A DNA stretch of 63,477 nucleotides, filler included. It is 5 parts of 5 records of this genome, joined end to end, with 100 filler letters (N's around TTAATTAATTAA, not from the genome) between each part and the next. Parts side by side here need not be neighbours in the genome. Positions count along the whole stretch, not along the records: positions 57,095 to 63,477 come from DRR723986_5257; 4 more parts are not named here. One strand, written 5' to 3'. The translations under genes were made by a program, and so were the position numbers. The notes under the pieces were generated by a model, which saw nothing but the letters and a program-made list of their open reading frames with translations, searched no databases and was not told the DNA's origin. Shown here in pieces: positions 57,164 through 63,477 of this stretch (positions are counted from its first letter, which is position 1; every line of letters begins with the position of its first letter).

Positions 57164-58247
57164 CCGGCCACAGGCCGGGGCGGTGCGGCCCTATATTTTG
57201 CAATGCGATCGCGCCAACACCCACCGCGCGCTGGTGCGCGATCGCGATGCGCCGCCGGCCTGGCTGGATATTGCCTATGGCTTGCCCGCTTTGGCGGTTG
57301 ATCCGGCCGCGCCCATAGCCCAACAAATGGCCACTGCCCGCGATATTGCCACCCGTGCGCGCGCCTTGTTTGATGATCTCAAACAGCGCGAGGCCAGTGC
57401 CAGCCCCTATACGCTGGATAACTTTGCCTGGCTCGCGGCGGCACGGATGATCCCGCTGTCGGACACGCGAAAACAGATCGAAGATGCCAAACTGACCAAT
57501 CGCGTTTTGGGCGTTTTGGGGCTGCGATTTGAACATGATGGGATGGTATACGAGCTTATCGGCCTGATCACGCTGGTGCGCACCCTTAGCTTTGCGGTGG
57601 CTGCAACGGCGCTGGCCTTGGTGCTGTGCTACCCCATCGCCTATAAGGTGGCGCTGGCCAGCACGCCTGAACGGGCGATGTGGCTGTTTTTGGGCCTGGT
57701 TATTCCCTACGCAATCGTCGAATTGATGCGCGTTTACGCCTGGAGCGTGATCATCGACAACAACGGGCTGATCAACAGCGCGCTGCACTGGCTGCAGCTG
57801 ATCGATGCGCCCATTCAGTTCAAACGCTTTCCCGCCACCGTCTTTGTGGTGATTGTCTATACCTATGTGCTGTTCATGGTGTTTCCCATGTACAATGTCA
57901 TGGCCACGCTGGACCGCAACCAGATAGAGGCGGCAAAGGATCTGGGCGCATCTACCTGGCGGTTGCATTGGCGGGTGATCATTCCGCACGCAAAACCCGG
58001 CATTGCGGTGGGGGCGATTGCCACATTCATGCTGGCGGCGGGGGCGTTTTCGGTGCCGCGCATCATCAGCCGCGGGCTGCAGGCCGAATGGTTTAGCCAA
58101 TCGATCTACAACAAGTTTTTCGAATCGGAAAACTCGAACGTGGGGGCGGCCTATAGTTTGGCCTACACGCTGGTGTGTTTCGTGCTGGTGGGGCTGTTTA
58201 TGTGGGCGATGCGCACCCGCCTGAAAGATTTTGCGAGGGTCCAATGA
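57096..58247 (+). CDS. ABC transporter permease, PotB-like, probably 5'-truncated, with large soluble insert
   Basis: CYPIAY, RVYAW...NGLIN, EAA loop IEAAKDLGAS...VIIPHAKPG. Confidence 0.88.
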   Translation: MAVPSASGMAVPSASGMAVPSASRPQAGAVRPYILQCDRANTHRALVRDRDAPPAWLDIAYGLPALAVDPAAPIAQQMATARDIATRARALFDDLKQREASASPYTLDNFAWLAAARMIPLSDTRKQIEDAKLTNRVLGVLGLRFEHDGMVYELIGLITLVRTLSFAVAATALALVLCYPIAYKVALASTPERAMWLFLGLVIPYAIVELMRVYAWSVIIDNNGLINSALHWLQLIDAPIQFKRFPATVFVVIVYTYVLFMVFPMYNVMATLDRNQIEAAKDLGASTWRLHWRVIIPHAKPGIAVGAIATFMLAAGAFSVPRIISRGLQAEWFSQSIYNKFFESENSNVGAAYSLAYTLVCFVLVGLFMWAMRTRLKDFARVQ

Positions 58248-59137
58248 GCAGCTTTGCCCCCCTATCTACCCCCCCATCACCCCCCCATACCGCGCGCCGC
58301 TTTCTCAGCGCGGATGGGGTGCTAACCGCCTACACATGGGCGTTTTTGTGCTTTATGTTCGCGCCCTTGCTGCTGATGGTTCTCTCCAGCGTCAATGATA
58401 CCTCGCCCCCCTCTGTCACCGATTGGCAGGGGCTGACGGGCAAATGGTATGCGTTTTTCTGGATGCCCGAGGCCGAGCTGCGTGCCGACCCGGTGCTGCG
58501 GGCCCTCGACCGGGGGCGGTTTGTGGGCTGTTTTGGCAATTCGCTGCTGATTGCGGCGGCGGTTGTGCCTTTGTCGCTGCTGTTGGGGCTGGCGGGGGCG
58601 GTGTTGCTGACGCGCTGGCGGGCGCGGGCCAATGGCGTGCTGTGGTGGGTGCTTTTGTCGCCGATGCTGGCGCCGGGCATTGTGCTGGGGCTTAGCGCCC
58701 TGGTTTTTTGGGGGCGGCTTGGGGTGAATGCGGGGCTGTTTACCATTATCATGGCGCAAACCACCTTTGTGGCGGGCTATCCGATGCTGATATTGATGGC
58801 GCGGCTGCAACGCCAACCCATCGAGTTGGAAGAGGCCGCGCTAGATTTAGGGGCCACGCCCTTTCGAGTGTTTTGGCGCCTCACGCTGCCCTTTTTGATG
58901 CCGGCCCTGGTGTCTGCCGGGGTGATCGCCTTTATGGCCTCGATCGAGAATTACAACACCACGATGTTTGCCAAGGGCGGGGCCTGCACCTTTGCCACCG
59001 AAATTGGCGCGATGGCGCGCAACCCAAATGGCCATCCGCCGGTGATTAACGCGGTGGGCACCATCATCATTGTGCTGACAATCGCGGGGGCGTTGGTGCA
59101 CACATGGTTGGCCCGGCGCGATGGGGGGCGGGCATGA
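58244..59137 (+). CDS. ABC transporter permease, PotC-like
   Basis: ATGA overlap with the upstream gene, LEEAALDLGA...LPFLMPAL, PVINAVGT. Confidence 0.9.
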   Translation: MSSFAPLSTPPSPPHTARRFLSADGVLTAYTWAFLCFMFAPLLLMVLSSVNDTSPPSVTDWQGLTGKWYAFFWMPEAELRADPVLRALDRGRFVGCFGNSLLIAAAVVPLSLLLGLAGAVLLTRWRARANGVLWWVLLSPMLAPGIVLGLSALVFWGRLGVNAGLFTIIMAQTTFVAGYPMLILMARLQRQPIELEEAALDLGATPFRVFWRLTLPFLMPALVSAGVIAFMASIENYNTTMFAKGGACTFATEIGAMARNPNGHPPVINAVGTIIIVLTIAGALVHTWLARRDGGRA

Positions 59138-59862
59138 TACGCGCCCGCTGCCACCCGGCCCTGCGCGGGCTTGTGCCGCCGCCTGTGCCGGCAGGCCAGG
59201 CGCTGCCCGATTGGCTGCGCCAGATGCCATCCGAGGTTGCAGCGCATAGTTTGGGCGGGCAACCCGTGCGCACGCTGAAACATTGCCCGCCGATTTTGGA
59301 TGCCTTTGCCAGCGGTATCCTTATTCCATTGGCCACCGACCTGCAGGTGGCCGATGGCCAGCTGTCGTGGGATTGGCAGATGCCGCATTTGCCCGATACG
59401 CTGATCTCGCGCGCGCCGGTGGGGGTGCATGTGCCCGAACAGGCCCAAGGCGCGCCCTTTCATGTGGGCTCGAATACGATTCTCAAGCTGATGAATTTCT
59501 GGACATTGCAGGTGCCCGAAGGGTTTTCGCTGCTCTTTACCCATCCGTTAAACCGCACAGATCTGCCCTTTGAGGTGCTTTCAGGCGTAGTGGATTGCGA
59601 CAGGTTTTGCGATGGCTACGTGCATTTTCCGGCAATTTGGCGCGACGCAGGGTTTCAGGGCACCGTGCCGCGCGGCACGCCGATTGCGCAAGTGTTTGCC
59701 ATTCCACGCGCGGCCCAGGCGCTAGAGCTGGCCGATATGGACGAAGAGGCCATCGCGCGCAATCGCGCGGTGCAGCAGGCCCTGGGCCAAGAGCGCGGGC
59801 ACTATCGCAAGGTGTTTCGCGCCCGCAGCCGCGGCATTGATGTTACAGGCGCAGCGGAATAG
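59134..59862 (+). CDS. DUF6065-like protein
   Basis: ATGA overlap; TLKHCPPILDAFASG, KLMNFW, SLLFTHPLNR, SGVVDCD, GTPIAQ. Confidence 0.7.
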   Translation: MIRARCHPALRGLVPPPVPAGQALPDWLRQMPSEVAAHSLGGQPVRTLKHCPPILDAFASGILIPLATDLQVADGQLSWDWQMPHLPDTLISRAPVGVHVPEQAQGAPFHVGSNTILKLMNFWTLQVPEGFSLLFTHPLNRTDLPFEVLSGVVDCDRFCDGYVHFPAIWRDAGFQGTVPRGTPIAQVFAIPRAAQALELADMDEEAIARNRAVQQALGQERGHYRKVFRARSRGIDVTGAAE

Positions 59863-60391
59863 CCCCCTGCGACACCCGCACCAAGGCGCGCAGCACCGCC
59901 GCAGGCTGGGGATGGCTGTGCAGCAGGGCCTGGCGCAGGGCTGGGGCATTGGGGCTGCGCGTTTCCGCGGCGATGCGATAAAGCGCCAGATCAGCCTCGG
60001 GGGTGCCGGCCAGCGGCTGCCACGCCTCTTGGGCCAGCGCATAGCGCCCCAAACGCAGCGCGATGCGGCCCCAATTCAGCCGCGCATCGCCATCGTTGGG
60101 CGCCAGCGCCAGCGCCTGGCCAAAGGCTGTGCAGGCCTCGGGCAGGGCGCCCGCGGCCAGCGCTGCGCGCCCCAGCTCGAACCAGGCGGGTTGATGCTGT
60201 GGCGCGCTTTGCACCGCGCGGCGCAACAGGGCCTGTGCCTGCGCCATATGGCCCAACTCCAGCGCCACCTTACCGTGATTGAACAGCAAAGACGGATGCG
60301 CGCCGGGCGCTTGGGTGACTGGCGCAAGCAGCGCTGCCGCGCGGGGCCAATCGCGCAGCTGCAGGGCGGTGTTTAATGCGTTTATATCCAT
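59843..60391 (-). CDS. TPR-repeat protein
   Basis: TPR-like units (LLFNHGKVAL, AWFELGRAAL, ARLNWGRIAL). ATG 60391. Confidence 0.7.
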   Translation of the reverse strand: MDINALNTALQLRDWPRAAALLAPVTQAPGAHPSLLFNHGKVALELGHMAQAQALLRRAVQSAPQHQPAWFELGRAALAAGALPEACTAFGQALALAPNDGDARLNWGRIALRLGRYALAQEAWQPLAGTPEADLALYRIAAETRSPNAPALRQALLHSHPQPAAVLRALVRVSQGAIPLRL

Positions 60392-60480
60392 GCCCCGCAG
60401 ATACCCGCGAAAAACGACAGTTTTGTCACAATAGCGTTGTGCGCGCAGCCTAAGAGGGCAGAAAATGAAAGGATCCCCTG

Positions 60481-61413
60481 ATGTCGCTTCTTGCTTTTTC
60501 TGCTGCTGGCACCTTTTGGCGCGGCAATCTGCACACGCATTCAAACCTGTCTGATGGCGCGCTGGATCCTGCCGAGCTGTGCCGGCGCTACAAGGCAGAG
60601 GGCTATGATTTCATGGCATTGACCGATCATTTTATCGGCATCTATGGCTACCCGATCGCCAATACGCTGGCGTTTCGCGATGACAGATTCACCACGCTTC
60701 TGGGCGCCGAGCTGCATTCAGGCGCCATGGAAAATGGCGAATTGTGGCACATCTTGGCCGTGGGTTTGCCGGCCGGTTTTGCCCCCTCGCACAGCCCGGG
60801 GTTTAAGCCTGTTGCGGGCCAAGAAACCGGGCCCGCGCTGGCCCAGCGGGCGCGCGATGCGGGCGCTTTTGTGGCCATCGCCCACCCCCATTGGTCTGGT
60901 TTGACGCTGGCCGATGCGCGCAGCATCAAAGCCGCCCATGCGGTGGAAATTTACAACCATGGCTGTGCCACTGGCTGCGACCGCGAGGGCGGCGGCCATG
61001 TGCTGGATCTGCTCTTGTCCGAAGGCCAGCGCCTGGATCTGATTGCCACTGACGACGCCCATTTCACCGAGCCCGATCATTTTGGCGGCTGGGTGATGGT
61101 GAAGGCACAGCAAAACACCCCCGAGGCGCTGCTGGCGGCGCTAAAGGCCGGGGCCTATTACAGCAGCCAAGGCCCGGAACTGCGCGATGTTGTGGTTATG
61201 GATGACCATGTAGAGGTGCGCTGCACCGCGGTGCGCAGCATTATCGTGCAAGGGCATGGGCAGGCGGCGGTGGCGGTGCATGGGCAGTCGCTGACCCAGG
61301 GGCGCATTCCCTTGGCGCGGTTTGCCGCCTCGCCCTGGCTGCGTGTGACGGTGGTGGATGCCGCGGGCAAGCGCGCATGGAGCAACCCGTTCTGGCGCGC
61401 AGACCGCGCGTAA
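60481..61413 (+). CDS. PHP-domain metallohydrolase (CehA/McbA-like family)
   Basis: GNLHTHSNLSDG, LTDH, AHPHWS, VEIYN, ATDDAH. Confidence 0.88.
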   Translation: MSLLAFSAAGTFWRGNLHTHSNLSDGALDPAELCRRYKAEGYDFMALTDHFIGIYGYPIANTLAFRDDRFTTLLGAELHSGAMENGELWHILAVGLPAGFAPSHSPGFKPVAGQETGPALAQRARDAGAFVAIAHPHWSGLTLADARSIKAAHAVEIYNHGCATGCDREGGGHVLDLLLSEGQRLDLIATDDAHFTEPDHFGGWVMVKAQQNTPEALLAALKAGAYYSSQGPELRDVVVMDDHVEVRCTAVRSIIVQGHGQAAVAVHGQSLTQGRIPLARFAASPWLRVTVVDAAGKRAWSNPFWRADRA

Positions 61414-61484
61414 ACCTTTTGCCAGGCGCGCCGTTTCCCTGATTGGGCCTGCACAAAGGCCGGGGCAGTTAGGACGCGCCAAGA

Positions 61485-62777
61485 ATGGGCATAGAGGCAG
61501 CAGAAAACCCTTGGTGGGTATTGGCCACCGCGGGGGCCGAGGCGCAGGGCCGCATACCGCGCGCCGCGCAAGCGGCGTTAAGCCGGCGCTATTGGAATGC
61601 GGTGGTTTGTGCGCCCATGGCCCCCGCAGAGCGGGCCGAGGTTGCGCAGCTGTTGGGCGTGCCGGAAAAAGAGCTGCGCCCCCTGACCGAGCAGGAAGAT
61701 TGCGCGCTAGAGGCGGTGTTTCAGGCCCGCTTGGGCACAAGCCACGCCATATTGGGGGGCGCGGGCCTGCCCGATTTCAGCGCGGCCAACCTGCCCGCCG
61801 CAATCAGCTTTGCAGGCTTTGTGTTTCCCGCCTTTAGCCATTTTGGCGGGGCTGAATTTAGCGCGCATGCCAGCTTTTCGGGCGCTGTGTTTTTGGGGCT
61901 TGCGCAGTTTTCCGGCGCGATATTCCGCGATGGCGCCAATTTCACCGGCGCGCAGTTTCTGGGCGCGGCAAATTTCCAGGATGCAGGGTTTCACAGCCGC
62001 AGCGCCTTGGGGCGGGTGGGGTTTCGCCGGGCGGTGTTTTCGGGGCCCGTGCGGTTTTCCAACGCGATCTTTGACGCGCCCGCGCAGTTTATGGGCGCGC
62101 GGTTCCACGATGAGGCACAGTTTTGGGGCGCCCGTTTCAACGCGCCGGTGCAGTTTGCAGCCCAAGTAGATGGCGACGCTGATTTTTCGCATGCTGCGTT
62201 CTCAGCCCAGGCTGATTTTGCGCAAGCGCAGTTTTCCAGCCTGCCGCCCGCGTTTCATCATACGCGGCTGCATTTGGGCTGCCAGCTGCCTGGGGCAGAG
62301 GGCCATTGGCCCACCCGCGCCAGCCCCGAGATGGTCGCCCGCTACGCCAGTTTGCGCCGGGCCATGCGGGGCTTGGGCCGGGCCGAGGCTGAGGCGCTGT
62401 TTTTGATGCATGAAATGCGCGGGCGCAAACAGCTGGCGCCTGCCCATATTGCGCTGCTTTATTGGGCGTTTGATGTGTTGTCGCGCTATGGCCATTCGGT
62501 GGGGCGGCCGCTGCTGGCCCTGGCGCTGCTGTGGGGGCTGGGGGTGGGGGTGCATATGGCCATATTGGGCGATGTGGCCCGCTGGGCCGAGGTGGCAGGC
62601 GCCAATGCCAGCCATGTCTGGCCGCAAATGGGGTGGGGGCGGCAGTTTCTGCCTGATGGCTATGCACAGCGCCTGCCGGCGGCATTGCAGGTGATGGCGG
62701 CGGTGCAAGGCATGGTGGGGCTGGCGCTGCAGGGCTTGTTGGCGCTGGGGCTGTGGCGGCGCTTTCGTCTGAAATAG
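61485..62777 (+). CDS. Pentapeptide-repeat protein with C-terminal membrane segments
   Basis: Runs of A-x-F-x-x-A-x-F units, SRYGHS, then hydrophobic helices ending RRFRLK. Confidence 0.8.
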   Translation: MGIEAAENPWWVLATAGAEAQGRIPRAAQAALSRRYWNAVVCAPMAPAERAEVAQLLGVPEKELRPLTEQEDCALEAVFQARLGTSHAILGGAGLPDFSAANLPAAISFAGFVFPAFSHFGGAEFSAHASFSGAVFLGLAQFSGAIFRDGANFTGAQFLGAANFQDAGFHSRSALGRVGFRRAVFSGPVRFSNAIFDAPAQFMGARFHDEAQFWGARFNAPVQFAAQVDGDADFSHAAFSAQADFAQAQFSSLPPAFHHTRLHLGCQLPGAEGHWPTRASPEMVARYASLRRAMRGLGRAEAEALFLMHEMRGRKQLAPAHIALLYWAFDVLSRYGHSVGRPLLALALLWGLGVGVHMAILGDVARWAEVAGANASHVWPQMGWGRQFLPDGYAQRLPAALQVMAAVQGMVGLALQGLLALGLWRRFRLK

Positions 62778-62886
62778 CGCGGCCAAGGCAGATTCAGGGT
62801 TGATCCCCTGCTGCGGGCAAATTAGTAAGACGCAAATTTATCCAGGCCGCCGTTCGGGCGGCCTGTCAGCTTATGCGAGGACAAAA

Positions 62887-63477
62887 ATGCAAGTCACCGA
62901 AACCCTGAATGATGGCCTGAAGCGCGGCTACGAAATCGTCGTGACCGCGTCCGAGCTGGACGCCAAGGTGAATGAAAAACTGGTCGAGGCGCAGCCGGAA
63001 ATCGAAATGAAAGGCTTTCGCAAGGGCAAGGTGCCAATGGCGATGCTGAAAAAGCAGTTTGGCCAGCGTTTGTTGGGCGAAGCCATGCAGGAAGCCATCG
63101 ACGGTGCGATGGGCGAGCATTTCGAAAAAAGCGGTGATCGCCCGGCGATGCAGCCCAAGGTCGAAATGATCGATGGTGAAAACTGGAAAGAGGGCGACGA
63201 CGTTAAGATCGCCATGTCTTACGAAGCGCTGCCCGAGATCCCCGAGGCGGATATGTCGGGTATCGAGCTAGAGCGTATGGTGGTTAAGGCCGATGATGCG
63301 GCCATCGACGAGGCCCTGAACAGCCTGGCCGAAACGGCCCAAGATTTCGCCAGCCGCCGCAAAGGCTCGAAGGCGAAAGAGGGCGATCAGGTTGTGCTGG
63401 ATTTTGTTGGCAAGGTTGATGGCGAGGCCTTTGATGGTGGCTCGGCCGAAGATTACCCGCTGGTGCTGGGCTCGAAC
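62887..63477 (+). CDS. tig: Trigger factor, 5' part
   Basis: Not in the ORF track. [13 protein letters not shown]..., ribosome-binding GFRKGKVP, start of FKBP domain [28 protein letters not shown]. Confidence 0.97.
   Translation, partial: MQVTETLNDGLKRGYEIVVTASELDAKVNEKLVEAQPEIEMKGFRKGKVPMAMLKKQFGQRLLGEAMQEAIDGAMGEHFEKSGDRPAMQPKVEMIDGENWKEGDDVKIAMSYEALPEIPEADMSGIELERMVVKADDAAIDEALNSLAETAQDFASRRKGSKAKEGDQVVLDFVGKVDGEAFDGGSAEDYPLVLGSN

Noticed and set aside
62778-62886. tRNA-Leu often found upstream of tig
   Set aside because: No cloverleaf, only a 9-bp GC hairpin (CAGGCCGCC/GGCGGCCTG) in the 5' UTR. No tRNA or rRNA was recognised anywhere in the window.

Overview
This window is not one locus. 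It is five unrelated contigs joined by artificial N44-TTAATTAATTAA-N44 spacers. (1) 1-21977 is an FCB-group bacterium with T9SS cargo (Kapabacteria/Ignavibacteria-like by inference). It carries divergent M16 peptidase genes, moxR-der-xth-DUF481, and five tandem paralogous genes for T9SS-secreted proteins with an IgGFc-binding-like N-terminal domain. (2) 22078-35939 is planctomycete-like: an IscS homologue lacking the canonical catalytic Cys loop, GT9, an ABC-2/DUF2141/hydrolase operon, ThuA-like, bcp, a TPR lipoprotein, HU/IHF and GTAG-type REPs. (3) 36040-42543 is alphaproteobacterial: an RTX/VCBS-like protein, a LuxR-type regulator, a homocysteine S-methyltransferase-DUF1127-GNAT operon and prephenate dehydrogenase. 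(4) 42644-56994 is again FCB-like: a Lit/M48-like peptidase with a small coupled partner, T9SS cargo, ECF42-YciI, paired lipoproteins, a truncated UmuD, an atypical NarL regulator and an ArsS radical SAM pair. (5) 57095-63477 is Rhodobacteraceae-like: ABC permeases, DUF6065, a PHP hydrolase, a pentapeptide-repeat protein and tig. There are two main candidates for novelty. The first is an unannotated, apparently leaderless 16-aa uORF (MSNVLHNTANYYYPPS) with mutually exclusive hairpins in front of prephenate dehydrogenase, a candidate tyrosine-sensing ribosomal attenuator. The second is a translationally coupled Lit-like zinc peptidase plus small hydrophobic-helix protein, a candidate protease/effector defence module. 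All family calls come from motif recognition by eye; no database searches were run.
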